NCBI GenBank assembly: GCA_051294905.1
Contig: CM119371.1
Location: 25,794,001 to 25,858,000, forward strand
Direction: 5' to 3'
Source of the DNA: Botryllus schlosseri
Taxonomy: Eukaryota
DNA: 64,000 bases
A program made the position numbers and the translations under genes. Shown here piece after piece: positions 27,401-42,400 of the stretch. Positions within the stretch are counted from its first letter, which is position 1; every line of letters starts with the position of its first letter. The notes beneath the pieces are model-generated. The model saw only the letters and a list, made by a program, of their open reading frames with translations, ran no database searches and was not told the DNA's origin.

Positions 27401-30400
27401 AGCAAGGTTATATAGCAGATTTGGAATGCCGGCACAGGGAAAACTAAATAATAACTGAGATCATGCCTTGCAATGAGTCATGAGTCATGAGACATGAGTC
27501 ACCCAAGATTGGAGATGGACCGATTTAATGAATATATTATTAAATAAATATTCCAAAGCATATTGCACGATCCCAAAATGGCTTGTAGATCCATCATTCG
27601 ATCTTGTAATGTTCACCAAGCTATATTTATGTCATGTGTTTATTCCTATACCAACATGTTTATTATTATCCTGTTCTAAACAGTACTGGCTTCTAATTCT
27701 CCGATATCAATAAGTGGCATTCTACAACTTTCACATTTTTGCGCAACTCGTTATATTTCAGTAAACTCCGTTTGAAGCCACACTGCCTACTTCTTAATAT
27801 TAGAATGTGTCTAGTAGGAAGTAATAATAAGTTTACCATATTTTGGAATAGGGGCGCTTTTTTGAAATCAAAAAAGTTTAAAAAGTTCACCGAAATAAAA
27901 AAAGGCATATTTTCAAATATTTACGGGAAATATTGTTATGTAGACTATTTCAAAAAAAGCTCATCTTTCCGACTCGACTCCCGATTGACCCACTCGAACT
28001 TCCGCATTATAAATATTGCGTCTTCTGCGCCAATTTTCAGTTGACCTTATCCCTTAGCCTTGCTGTCAAAGCTGTAAATGGGAATAATTTCCGAAACGGA
28101 GAACATTTAAGTGTCCTTAGACGACATTTTCGATTTCCTGAAAAGGGAGGACATGTTGAAACCGTGTGGATAGTATATAAATACGTTTGCCTTCATTCCC
28201 CTTGGCATTGCGATGATAGCCAAACAAAGCAAGCATGTACGACGCTAACAATTTAACAACTTCGAAAATTACACCTGATACTTGTAATTTTGCGTTATTG
28301 CTGAATATGCATGTCGTAATTTTGAACACCAGAAAAAAACATTGCTAAACAAAAACCAGATTGAGTCTAACTATGTATTCGCAATTAATAAAGAAAGTGT
28401 CGGCCAACATGCGACCTTTCGTTTGATCTGGCGGAAAGGCCGTCGACGATGAAACCTATAGGCACAAAAAGGATTGACGCACGTTGGCCGAAGCTTTCGA
28501 TATCTATATATCCAGGCGCCGAATAGTCCTTTCCTTGCAAACTGAGCTCAGCGATTTACAGCGGACCCGCAATATCCTGCACTAACAATATGATTGACCT
28601 ATGAAAATTGAAAAATAGTCGCGCATTGCGCGGCTGGTGGCCCACGCAATATTTCGTCAATTGCATGTGGCCCTTTGGGCGAAAAGGTTGGCCACCCCTG
28701 TTTCAACGTGTTCCATATATCAGTTCTTCTATACTCGTAATTGAGTATAATTTTCCACTTTCACTTGTGTAGCAATATTGACTGCTTTGACCCACTCCAA
28801 CGGGGACTATGATTAGGAAAAGCTCTGTTTAGTCATAAATAAGTAATATAGCAATCTGAAAAAGTGCCAAGTTTTTTGTTATCTCAATCTCATTTTCACA
28901 CTGGCCTCGTATCATAAGTAGGGCTGGGCACAATGATTCGAGTACTCGAATCTGAATCGAGTATTAATTTTAATGATTTGAGTCGAGTAGCAAAAGTCGA
29001 TTTTTTCGAGTACTGAAATTATACGCTTATCGCCACTGAAAGTTAATTTATCATCTAGAATTATAGTTTCGATACTATCATCCATTGTTGAAGCCTTGAA
29101 ACCTCGATTGGCGGTATCGTAGCATATTAAACATATCGTACAAAGCTACAAAGGTTACTGGACATAGCACATTTCCGAAGTCATGGTTATCCCACAACAT
29201 TGTCACCAAGTGAAATGAAATCGGTATGGTCGAAAAATACCAAAGTATCATTTATGAGATGGATAACAGGCATTATATTCTTTGTGGTGGCATAAACGGT
29301 ACATATTTGAACTTTGACGCATTACAATCTGTTATGACGTCATAATGAGTGATACTCGATTACTCGACTCGACTCGAAGCATATTACGTGATTCAGAATC
29401 GAATCACTCAGGTACTCGATTTTGCCCAGCCCTAATCATAAGGAGCACTGTATATTTTCTCTCAATCATACACTGCATCAGTACAGACCCGTGGAATTGT
29501 ATTGTCAAGCTACGTGTACCTGCAGTCAATCGATCCATCGCAGAATTGTGCGAAGCGAAGACATCTTGGCCCATCCCGGCATTCGAGCTGCTCATCAGAA
29601 CATTTAATTCCTTGACAGAAAGAAATTGGGTACACTTTTAACATACTGTCGTTATTACTTAACGGTAATGATTCACAAATGTTTAAGGTTCCAATGAAGA
29701 CACTATCCTGAAACGGTTTTGAGATTAATTTGGACTGGTTTATATCCGTATTTAATGCACTTTCAAACCAGTGTTGGGATGACTCGAGTCATGACTTGAC
29801 TCGAGTTAGACTCGAGTCACTTTTCTCGCATGAATTGACTTGACTCGAGTCACTTTGCTAAAATGACTTGACTTGACATGACTCGGCGTATCAGAAATGT
29901 GGATTGACTCGTGACTCGGAGCAAAATTCACGAGTCAATTTCAAGTCATCAATTAATCGAGGTCGATAAAAATCACTGTATCTTGCATACGTTCTGATTG
30001 TTCGCGAAACAATGGTGTAACCCGTGAGAGCGACCAATCATTCATTCAATGATCGTGCGTTTTACTGAGCCTCTATTGTTCTCTCACAAATAAATTTACC
30101 ACAAACGAAGTGATCGAACCTTACAGCTTATTGTTGTTGTAAACTAGTAGTAAAGTAATATAATAGAAAATTATCTACCTTAACCAAACTTCTTGTTTTA
30201 TTGATTTTGAATTCGAATACAGCTTATATACTCCTCAACCATTGGCGCAGGCTCAAATTGTATCATATCAATATGTAAATGGGTAAAGGTTAATGTATTG
30301 CATCTTATCAATTCGTTTCTCTATTCTCTATTTCTGTCGATAACTATAAACTGAGACTACGTATATGTGAGCAATAGAGCGCCTTCTTGGGTGTTTATTC

Positions 30401-33400
30401 AACTCGATATTCGTTCATCGGTTCAAAATCAATGACCACTCAATCTGTATTTCAGACAGCTAGCAAAATGTATTGACGTAATCATGCCTCATACTACAAA
30501 AAGGCAACTTGACTTGAATTTTGACTTGACTCGTGACTTGACTTGACTTGACTCAGCTTGACTCGAGTCACCTCCGAAAATCGAGTGACTTGACTTGACT
30601 CGAGTGACCTTCGAAAACCGATTGACTTGACTTGACTCGAGTCAAAATGTGCAATGGCTCGAAATGACTCGTGACTCGAAGGTAGTGACTTGATCCCAAC
30701 ACTGTTTCAAACTACGCATTCTATAAACTACATTATGATGATGTTGTGTTAGAGATTGAACTGTCTTTGAATTTCTCATTTTACTTATAATACAAATTAC
30801 CTTATTTTAAAGTGTTGTAAATATCCTTTGTCTACTTATTGTGAACATTGAAGAGAGAAGTACCTAGCATGTGATGGTGTAATGTTCAACACACCACAAA
30901 ACCTTTGAAATGTGGCCAAGTTTTAATATAGGCTACTTTGCAGTGTTGGGATGACTCGAGTCAGACTCTAGTTCAATTTTTCTTGTGACTTGATTTGACT
31001 CGAGTCACTTTGAAAAATTGACTTGACTGGACTTGACACGGCGCTTCAGAAATGTGGACTGACTCGTGACTCGGAGCAAAATTTACGAGTCGATTCCAAG
31101 TCATCAAGTAAACGGTGTCGATTCATGCACTGTATTTTGTGTATGTAGGGAATGTTCGCGATACGCCGGTTTCACTTGTGAGAGCAACCAGTCATTCACT
31201 GATTATACATTCCAATGATATTTCATTGTTACATCACAAATAAATTGACCGCAAACGAAATGATCACAGCTTAAGTTGTTCAACTAGTAGTAGTAGTAGT
31301 AGTAGTCGATTATTCTAATATCAACATATATCTGTTTATTAGACGACCCTCTGCTTACATTGTACAGCGCTATCACCTTAACCAACCCTCTTGTATGATT
31401 TAAATGGAACGAATATTGTATATGCGTTTATACCCTCACGATGTGTAAATGGTTAGTCTATTGTACCATACCATTTAGTTTCAACTTCTCGAGGCATCGT
31501 ATTCGATCCTCCATTTCGGCCAACCAAGTCACAAGGCTCCGAGTCACAAGTCAATCTCACTTTTATATTTTTGACTCGAGTGAAGTCGAGTCATTTCCAA
31601 TTCCCACCGAATCAAGTCCGACTCCAAGTCAGCGAACAGAGGATCGAGTCCGAGTCATGGTATTATGACTCGAGTCCGAGTCCAAGTCATTGTGTTGACT
31701 GCTCAGTCTCCAGATAAAGTCTTCCTAAACCCACTTTTTAAACTCCGTTTGGTGATATTGAATGGTTCGCATTTATAATATACTGATTTTCCTCACTTTT
31801 AGCAGTTTCTGGTCGCATTTTCAAGCACCAGTACCAACAAACGAAATCCCAATAGTGTGTTGGCTTCGAAATTACAATGAAATGTCGGTATTGGCCGTCT
31901 GAATCTCGAGTCAATGACTTGCTTCAAGTCATGCGCAATGACTCGAGTCCAAGTCGAGTCAATACACAGATTAACTCGAGTCGAGTCGAGTCATTTCCGT
32001 ATTTTGTGAAAATGACTCGAGTCGAGTCGAGTCATCTGAAAATCGTGACTCGAGTCATTACAACCCTGCTGTATAGTTACTCACCGTATTTTATTAGCAG
32101 TACTGCGTGTGGGTAAGCGATACAACGCATTTTGCATGTATATTAAACGTTTTATTCGTTATTCGATTCAAAATAAATGACCAATTAATCTGTCTTTAAC
32201 ATAGCTAGCAAAATGTAATGACTTTGAATGATCACTCAAATTTCGGAAATTCAATTGGACTTGAATTGTGACTTGATTCATGAATTGACTTGACTTGACT
32301 CGAGTCAACTCCAAAAACGGCTGACTCGTCTTGACTCGAGTCACCTCCGAAAATAGATTGACTTGACTTGACTCGAGTCGAAATGTGCATTGAGTCGAGA
32401 TGACTCGTGACTCTAAAGTAGTGACTTGATCCCAACATTGATACGTTGTGCCGTTTGGGTTTCGGTAAAGTTACCAAAATAAACTGCGAATGACTGCAAA
32501 TAATCCTTAGTCAATGTCTAGCGCAACTGCCAAGTCTTATCAACAGAACTCACACTACACGATGTAATCTAACTCTGAAATGAGACTGCATGGGAAATTG
32601 ATTTTATATCGAAAAGTGCGCGACGAAAAACTGCAGAGTATACAACATTATCAGTATCAAGCAAATGGGAGAGTCACCAGCACACCAGCAGATAACAATG
32701 GTTTTGAATGATTCCCAACAAATAATTGTTACCGTGGATTTTTCCCAGCAACTTCGTAGGAACAGACAGTTTTATCTAGTGAATGTAAAAAAGTACCCAA
32801 AAATATTAACGTTTCGTGCAATATTACGCATTTTATACTGCAATTATTCTTCTGTCACAAATTTTCCAAACATCCACTTTTATAGTCAGAAAGTTTTCCA
32901 TCGTAGGTCAGATCCCACGTGTTATATAGGCACAAAATAGTCACCTATAAGATTTTTTGTTTCGATTTCACAGCTAAAATTCGAAGTATATCCCTATTTT
33001 TGAAGCGTTATTGTGATCGCATTTCGTTCACCAACTGTACAATGTCATCCGTATATATATAGATAGCGTGCACGATAGAATGAGATTCCAATATAGTTCA
33101 TCCGTCTCCTGAATGAGTTTCATTGCTTTAGTCTACTCAACAATTGCTTGAGCTGTGGATGCGGAACAGGTTATTTCCGGTTGGAAAGAAAACGAGTTAT
33201 TGTGATGGGTCGAAGTCTTAAATAATACAAATACATAAAAAGGCGATAATGCTTTGTTCATATACTTACTATCACTACAAAGATCGTGTCGTATGTGTCG
33301 GAGTGAGAGGGGAAGGATACAAAGTAGTCCCGGTTTCGAATATTTGACTCTTCTACATAAAGTTCCATTATCTCCATACGTCGCATATGGTTCATCGGAT

Positions 33401-36400
33401 CCGTCGCTAGAAAAATATTTATAACGAATGTATTTGTTGATGCCTAGCCTATAAGCGGAGGATTGTGTGTAAAATTTAGCCAACCGCTGCGGTTTGTCAG
33501 GAACATATGCAGTTCTGTCTACTCTAAATCGGGCGTCAGGCGCTTGTACTACAATAACTACATCGGTTCCAAAATTCCTGCGAATTTGCTCATCGCCTAT
33601 TTATTCACTATAATTAGTCCACACAACCAACTAAGTTTGGTTTGTGATCGCGAACCTGTAAATTATCAAGGTTTCGCTTTCCGAACACGAATGCGAGCCG
33701 GACGTTCGTAACACCCCCAATGCATACTCGCAATCAAATACATGAATATTTTCAGGAAATGAACTAATATGTTCTCGCTCATCATTCAATCACCAATACC
33801 TGCAATCTTTATATCCGTCGCAAAATCTTCTAGGATCAATACACCTCGATCCGTCACTGCACTGGAATTCCTCCATAGAGCAGTGTATTCCTGTAGAAAT
33901 AATTATTACAACAATTCACTCCATTGCACTAAGTTTGCGTTGAATTACCGGGAATTGAATGATAGCACTACTTGTTGCAATTGTCAACGTTTTTCAATAT
34001 GATTCAGGTGATCATATACCAGTTAAGCGATTATGACAAGTGGCTTACACTTAAAATCGATCAAGCCGCCTCATGCGCATTGCGCACTATCTTTACCTAT
34101 GATAGTGAAACACAATGACAAAATAGTTGTATACAAGTCACAAGACAAGCTCACATTATAGTTTTGACTCGAGTCAAGCAACCACCGATCCAAGTGCGAG
34201 TCCTAGTCAGGGTGCAAAGTGTCAAGTCCGCATCATGATATTCGGACTCGAGTTCTAGTACTGAACGCCGTGTTCACTGTTCGGTCCCTAGTTAAAGTAA
34301 CGTTCATCTCACAATTTTACAGTTTTGCTTGAGGTATGTCGACCCTGATGGGTCGCATTCATATTCCAATACTTTTTCTTACTCGCAACATGTTTATTCA
34401 AACAGATAAAAGACAGTTTGTTTCCTTACCGGCAGTGAAAGACACAATGTCAATATTGCGGTAACTTTACATTTTTTTCGAAGTTGCCTTGCTCGTATGA
34501 CACATTATGATGTGCTCAAAGTAGCCAAGACTGCTACGCTAGTAAAAGTAGACGTAGCGACCCAGAATTATACTAAACCACCATTAGAACTAGGAAATTT
34601 CGAAGCAGAAAAAACTACATAACCGGGAAATAGAATAAGCTGACTTTGAAAATTATTCAATGAGGTAAATAGTGTTTAAAAGCAGTCGCACACACGCTGC
34701 CATTATTCGTAGTCCACACTTGAACTGGGCAAAATCGAGTACCTGAGTGATTCGATTTAGAATCATGTGTTACGATTCGAGTCGAGTATTCAAGTATCAC
34801 TCATTATGACATCACAACAGAATGGACTATGCCAAAGTTCAAATATGTACCTTTTATGCCACCACAAAGAACATAATGCCTGTTATCCGTTACATTAAAG
34901 ATACTTTGGTATTGTTTCGACCATACCGACTTAATGACACTTCTTGACAATGGTGTGGGATGATGATGACTTGAGAAATGTGTTATTTCCACTAACGCTC
35001 GTATATTTGCACTATTATTTGTCAAAACTACATTTCTCGTTACTAAATTAGCTTTCGGTAGCGAGGAGCGTATAATTTCAGTACTCGAAAAAATCATCTT
35101 TTATTACTCGACTCGAATCAATAAAATTGATACTCGATTCAGATTCGAGTACTCGAATCATTGTGCCCAGCCAGACTCCAAACCCGGAAACTGACATATA
35201 TGGTGATGGTGTCGAGAACTGGTTTGGTTTGTGTTGCTATACATCATACGCAGTAGGTATATATTGTCAACTGCATAAGCAATCGACAGTATAATGTGTT
35301 ACAAAGAATGCTTTTGGTATCGAACAGTGGAACAGTGGAACTGTTTTCACTCCGGTACCACCTTTCAAAAATGTGTCGGTATGATGACCTCATCCGTATT
35401 AATACAAGGCCCGCAGTTAATGAGGCTATGAACACTAGGGGAGATGTGGTACCGATGGATCAAAAATTGGAAAATGATCGCTGGCCCCAAAATGTTCAGC
35501 CGAAAACCGGAGATCTTTTGCTGGCTCAGCACTTTGATACAAGCTCTACCTGTCGCGCACATATACATGAATATCCGTCTTTTCAAAAAATATTTATGGA
35601 CGTTTAAAATTAGTTGCTCGAACGTGTCATTGGTCCCCACCCGGTGGGTCCGATGGCACACGACCCGGGGACCTATGACACATATACCCAAAAAATCTCA
35701 GATGTGACAACTTTTCTTGCTCAGTATTATAATCTAAGCTGCAGCAAGCCAAAGAAAAATGTTTGGTCGCAACCGTCAAAAAATAGAATAAATATTAACT
35801 CAAATGTTGTCATAAAATCACGTTTCGATTTAGGCTCGGACTTATAAATTTGAGGGTACATACATATTGCCCGAAAATCGGCAGTGTGACTTCCAAATAC
35901 CTCGTTATAGCGATAAAACATCATATGCAATTATTACATAAAGATTTTCTGTACGTAGTCATGTTTCATTTGTTTCATGATTAGTATGCTTGATTATTTT
36001 GCTTGATTTGGCTATTGTATCATCGGTCCCCACCCTACGAATTTTATACATGAATCGGAAAAATTCCACTCAAGGAAAGAACTGAAAAAAATAATAGGTG
36101 CCATTATATGGCCTGATACAAGCACTACACTTCACAATAAAAATGATTGCTGGTTTGTTCGTGTTAAAGGTTACAAAGAAAAATGTACATGTCGATCTAA
36201 ATTTAGTTTACACCCCCCAAAACAAAAAACATCTGTGAGAGACCCCATAGCTCGCGCACGTCGAATTTTTTTGTATGAGAGGAAAGATTTTGCCAGCATG
36301 CAATTGTAGACAAGTTCACGGAGTGTAATCATGGAATTATCATGGAGAATTTTCAAAGTATTTTCGGTCCCAGTGATCCATCGGTATCACATCCCCCCTA

Positions 36401-39400
36401 CGTATAAGTTTGTATCGGATACTACCGCATTACCGCATTGCGCGATTAAGAAGTCAAGTGAGAATATGGTAGATCGTATCATGATTCCAAACTTTTTGCT
36501 GATATCTATTTACTGTGATGAAACTATCGTATGGGATACCATATATGTGGCAAGACACTGCCCAAAGGAACATTGTAAACGCTGGATAAATAATATTGAC
36601 CGATACTTCCGTGGAAAAGATTTTGATCACTCCATATATATGGCGTGCTAAAGACCGTCTGCGAATACAACCCCTGGTATTTTGGTCTCTCTCTGAACAG
36701 AATGAAACGCTCTGCTTGTCCGATATAATAGTATTTCCCTTTACTATAGTGCAGCTACCAACAACTAAGCATGTGTTGGATGGTGCGGACCACCGGATGA
36801 ATACCACTGCTCACGAATACTCGTGTTACAACTATGAACCCAAAATTTCATATTAAGATATGCCATTGCGACAAAACAAAATTTTGGAGTTTATTACCCC
36901 ACCACCCGATCTTGTTATGAGTAGGGCTGGCCACGATGATCGAGCAGCCTACTCGAATCAGAATCGAGTACTAATTCGCATAATACATTGTCCGGTCTGG
37001 CATGGACCGTTAAGGCGTAAGCTTATATTCCCTTGCAAGTCCTCGTCGAAATTCTTGTCAAAGCGACGAAAGATATTGATTTTATGGGATTATTATATCA
37101 TTTGATTGCCCAGTTGATACGTTTGGCGACGTTCAAAACGTCAATATGTTATTTCAGCATTGTGGTATTATGTGGCCCGAGTCGCCGCTAGATATAGTGT
37201 ACAATTGTACATTAATATAGGCTATCACTTAACTGAAATATATGACGTCACGTGACGTCATGAGGTTCACGTTCGCGTTCACACAGAACCTTTGAAAAAG
37301 GTTCGTGTTCACACGAAACTGAACCATTCAGAGGTTCACACCATACCTGAAGTTTTCCACTTTCCCTTGTGTAGCAATATTGACTACATTGACCCACTCT
37401 AACGGGGACTCTGATTAGGAAAAGCTCTCTTTAGTCATAAATAAGTAATATGGCAATATAAAAAATTCCCAAGTTTTTTGTTACTTGAATTTCATTTTCA
37501 CACTTGCCTCGTATCATAAGGAGCACTGTATATTTTCTCTCAATCACACACTGCATCTGTACAGACCCGTGGAATTGTATTGTCAAGCTATACGTGTACC
37601 TGCAGTCATTCGATCCATCGCAGAATTGTGCGACGAGAAGACACTTTGACCCATCCCGACATTCGTCATCAAGTAAACGGTGTCGATTCATTCACTGTAT
37701 TTTGTGTATGTTCGGTTTGTTCGCGATACGCCGGTGTCACTTGTGAGGGCAACCAGTCATTCACTGATTGTACATTTCACTGATATTTCATTGTTGCATC
37801 ACAAATAAATTGACCGCAAACGAAATGATCACAGCTTACGTTGTAGTAGTAGCAGTAGTAGTAGTAGTAGATTATTGTAATAGCAACGTATCTATGTTTA
37901 TTAGACGACTCTGTGCTTACATTGTACAGCACTATCACCTTTACCATCCCTCTTGTTTGATTTAAATGGAACGAATATAGTATATGCGTTTATATTCTCA
38001 CGGATGTGTATATGGTTAGTGTATTGTACCATACCAATTTGTTTAAACTTTTCGAGGCTTCGTATTCGATCCTCCATTTCGGCTGGTAGTAACAGAATGT
38101 AGCATGTAGCTGTATAGCTACTCACCGTATTTTATTAGCAGTACTGCGTGTGGGTAAGCGATACAACGCATTTTGCATGTATATTTAACTTTATATTCGT
38201 TATTCGATTCAAGCTAAATGGCCAATTAATCTGTCTTTAACACAGATAGCAAAATGTAACGACTTTGAATGATCACTCAAATTTCGGAAATTCAATTTGA
38301 CTTGAATTGTGACTTGATTCATGAATTGACTTGACTTGACTCGAGTCAACTCCAAAAAACGGCTGACTCGACTTGTCTCGAGTCACCTCCAAAAATAGAT
38401 TGACTTGACTAGACTCGAGTCAAAATGTGCACTGAGTCGAGATGACTAGTTACTCGTGACTCGCAACATTGATACGTTGTGCCGTTTCGGTTTCGGTAAA
38501 GTGACCAAAATAAACTGTGAATGACTGCAAATAATCCTTAGTCAATATCTAGCGCAACTACCAAGTCTTATCAACAGAACTCACACTACACGATGTAATG
38601 TAACTCTGAAACGAGACTGCATGAGAAATTGTTATTATATCGAGAAGTGCGCGACGAAAAACTGCAGAGTATACAACATTATCAGTATCAAGGAAATGGG
38701 TGAGTCACCAGCACACCATCAGATAACAATGGTATTGAATGATACCCAGCAAATAATTATTACCGTGGATTTTTCCAAGCAAATTCGTAAAAACGGACAG
38801 TTTTATCCGGAGAATGTAAAAAAGTACCCAAAGATATTAACGTTTCGTGCAATATTACGCAATTTATAGTGGAATTATTCTTCTGTCACAAGTTTTCAAA
38901 ACATCCGCGTTTATAGTCAGAAAGTTTTCCATTGCTAGGTCAGATTTCACGTGTTATAGGCACAAAATACTTGCCTATAAGATTTTTTGTTTCTATTTCA
39001 TAGTTAAAATTCGAAGTATATCCCTATTTTTTGAAGCCTTATTGTGATCGTATTTCGTTCGCCAATGGTACAATGTCAACTGTATTTATTAGGCCTATAT
39101 ATCTAGATAGCGTGCACAATAGAATGAGATTCCAATATAGTTCATCCGTCTCCTGAATGAGTTTCATTACTTTAGTCTACTTACCAATTGCTCGAGCTGT
39201 GGATGCTGAACAGATTATTTTCGGTGGGAAAGAAAACAAGTTATTGTGATGGGTCGAAGTCTTAAATAATACAAATACATAAAAAGGCGATAATGTTTTG
39301 CTCATATACTTACTATCACTACAAAGATCGTGTCGTATGTGTCGGAGTGAGAGGGGAAGGATACAAAGTAGTCCCGGTCCAAAACCGTTGACTCTTCTAC

Positions 39401-42400
39401 ATAAAGTTCCATTATCTCCATACGTCGCATATGGTTCATCGGATCCGTCGCTTGAAAAATATTTATAACGTATGTATTTGTTGATGCCTAGCCTATAAGC
39501 AGAGGATTGTGTATAAATTGAGCCAACCGCTGCGGTTCGTCGGGAGCATATGCAGTTCTTCTAACTGTCTACTCTAACCCTAGCGTCAGGCGCTTGTACT
39601 ACAATAACTGCATCGATTCCCAAATTCCTGCGAATTTACTCATCGCCCATTTATTCACTATAATTAGCCCACACAACCAACTAAGCTCGGTTGGTGAGCG
39701 CGAACCTATAAATTATCAAGGTTTCGCTTACCGAACACGAATGCGATCCGGACGTTCGTAACACCCCCAATGCATATTCGCAATCAAATACATGAATATT
39801 TTCAGGAAATGAACTAATATGTTCTCGCTCATCATTTAATCACCAATACCTGCAACCTTTATATCCGTCGCAAAATCGTTCAGCATCAATACACCTCGAT
39901 CCGTCGCTGCACTGGAACTCCTCCTTAGAGCAGTGTATACCTATGGAAATAATTATTATAACAATTCACTTCATTGCACTAAGTTTGTGTGGAATTAACG
40001 GGAATTGAATGATAGCACTACTGGTTGAAATTGTCAACGTTTTTCAATATGATTCAGGTGATCATATCTACCAGTTAAGCAATAATGACAAGTGGCTTAC
40101 AGTTAAAATCGATCAAGCCTCCTCATGCGCATTGCGCACTATCTTTACCTATGATAGTGAAACACAATGACAAAATAGTTGTATACAAGTTACAAGTCAC
40201 AAGACAATCTCACATTATAGTTTTGACTCGAGTCAAGCCACCACCAATCCGAATGCGAGTCCTAGTCAGGGTGCAAAGTGTCAAGTCTGCATCATAATAT
40301 TGGGACTCGAGTTGTAGTACTAATCGCCGTGTTCACTGGTCGGTCCCGAGTTAAAGTAATTTTCATCTCAGGATTTTACAGTTTTGCTTGAGATATGTTG
40401 ACCCAGATGGGTCGCATTCATATTCTCAAACTTTTTCTTACTCGCAACATGTTTATTCAAACAGATAAAAGACAGTTTGTTTCCTTACCGGCAGTGAAAG
40501 ACACAATGTCAATATTGCGGTAACTTTACATTTTTTTCGAAGTTGCCTTGCCCGTATGACACATTATGATGTGCTCAAAGTAGCCAAGACTGCTACTCTA
40601 GTAAAAGTAGACGTAGCGACCCAGAATTATACTCAACCACCATTAGAACTAGGACATTTCGAAGCAGAAAAAACTACATAACCGGGAAGTAGAATAAGCT
40701 GACTTTGAAAATTATTCAATGAGGTAAATAGTGTTTAAAAGCAGTCGCACACACGCTGCCATTATTCGTAGTCCACACTTGAACTGGGCTAAATCGAGTA
40801 CCTGAATGATTCGATTCAGAATCATGTATTACGCTTCGAGTCGAGTCGAGTATTCGCGTATCACTCATGATGACATCACAACAGAAGGGACTATGCCAAA
40901 GTTCAAATATGTGCCTTTTATGCCACCACAAAGAACATAATTCCTGTTATCCGTTACATGAAAGATACTTTGGTATTTATTAGACCATATCGACTTCATG
41001 ACACTTCTTGACAATGGTGGGGGATGATGGTGACTTGAGAAAAGTGGTATTTCCAGTAACGTTCGTATATTTGAACTACTATTTGTCAAAACTATATTTC
41101 TCGTTAGTAAATGAAGTTTCGGTTGCGAGGAGCGTATAATTTCAGTACTCGAAAAAATCGTCTTTTATCACTCGACTCGGATCATTAAAATTGATACTCG
41201 ATTCAGATTCGAGTACTCCAATCATTGTGCCCAGCCAGACTCCAAACCCGGAAACTGACTTATATGCTGATGGTGTCGGGAACTGGTTTGGTTTGTGTTG
41301 CTATACATCATACGCAGGAGGTATATATTGTCAACTGCATAAGCAATCGACAGTATAATGTGTTACAAAAAAGCTTTTGGTATCGAACAGTGGAACAGTG
41401 GGACTGTTTTCACTCCGGTACCACCTTAAAAAATGTGTCGGTATGATGACCTCATTCGTATTGATACAAGGCCCGCAGTTAATGAGGCTATGAGCAATAC
41501 GTATAAGTTTGTATCGGACACTACCGCATTACCGCATCGCGCGATTAAGAAGTCAAGTGAGAATATGGTGGATCGTATAATGATTCCAAACTTTTTTGCT
41601 GATATCTATTTACTGTGATGAAACTATTGCATGGGATACCATATATGTGGCAAGACACTGCCCAAAGGAACAGCGTAAACGCTGGATAAATAATATTGAC
41701 CGATACTTCCATGGAAAAGATTTTGATCACTCCATATATATGGCGTGCTAAAGACCGTCTGCGAATACAACCCCTGGTATTTTGGTCTCTCTCTGAACAG
41801 AATGAAGGGCTCTGCTTGTCCGATATAATAGTATTTCCCTTTACTATCAGAGGTGGTCAAAGTAGTCAAGAAAGCTACTCAAGTACAAGTAAAAGTAGGG
41901 GAGATGTGGTACCGATGGATCAATAATTGGAAAATGATCGCTGGCCCTAAAATGTTCCGCCGAAAACAGCAGGTCTTTTGCTGGCTCAGCACTTTGATAC
42001 AAGCTCTACCTATCGCGCACATATACATGAACATCCGTCTTTTCAAAAAATATTCATGGACGTTCAAAATTTGTTGCTCGAACGTGTCATCGGTTCTCAC
42101 CCGGTGTGTCCAATGGCACACGACCCGGAGACCTATGACACATATACCCTAAATACCTCAGATGTGACAACTTTTTTGCTCAGTATTATAATCTAAGCTA
42201 CAGTAAGCCAAAGAAGAATGTTTGATCACAACCGTCAAGAAATAGAATAAATATTAACTCAAATGTTGTCATAAAATCCCGTTTCGATTAAGGCTCGGAC
42301 TTATAAATTTGAGGGTACATACATATTGCCCGAAAAGTGACAGTGTGACTTCCAAACACCTCGTTATAGCGATAAAACATCATATGCAATTATTACATAA

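Larger units (their letters stand above)
28751..36976. repeat. Intragenic segmental duplication, copy 1 (contains A5, B4, A4)
   Basis: Colinear high-identity match to 37353-44250, interrupted by copy-specific TE insertions. Confidence 0.92.

Noticed and set aside
29769..32440. GACTCGAGTC/GACTT arrays as CRISPR or regulatory arrays
   Set aside because: Irregular subterminal motifs of hAT MITEs bounded by TIRs and TSDs, in a eukaryotic context with no cas genes.
35296..36856. Duplicated ORF clusters (also at 41433-42879) as paralogous genes
   Set aside because: They fall in duplicated intron and MITE sequence, frames are not conserved between copies, and no protein motifs are recognisable.
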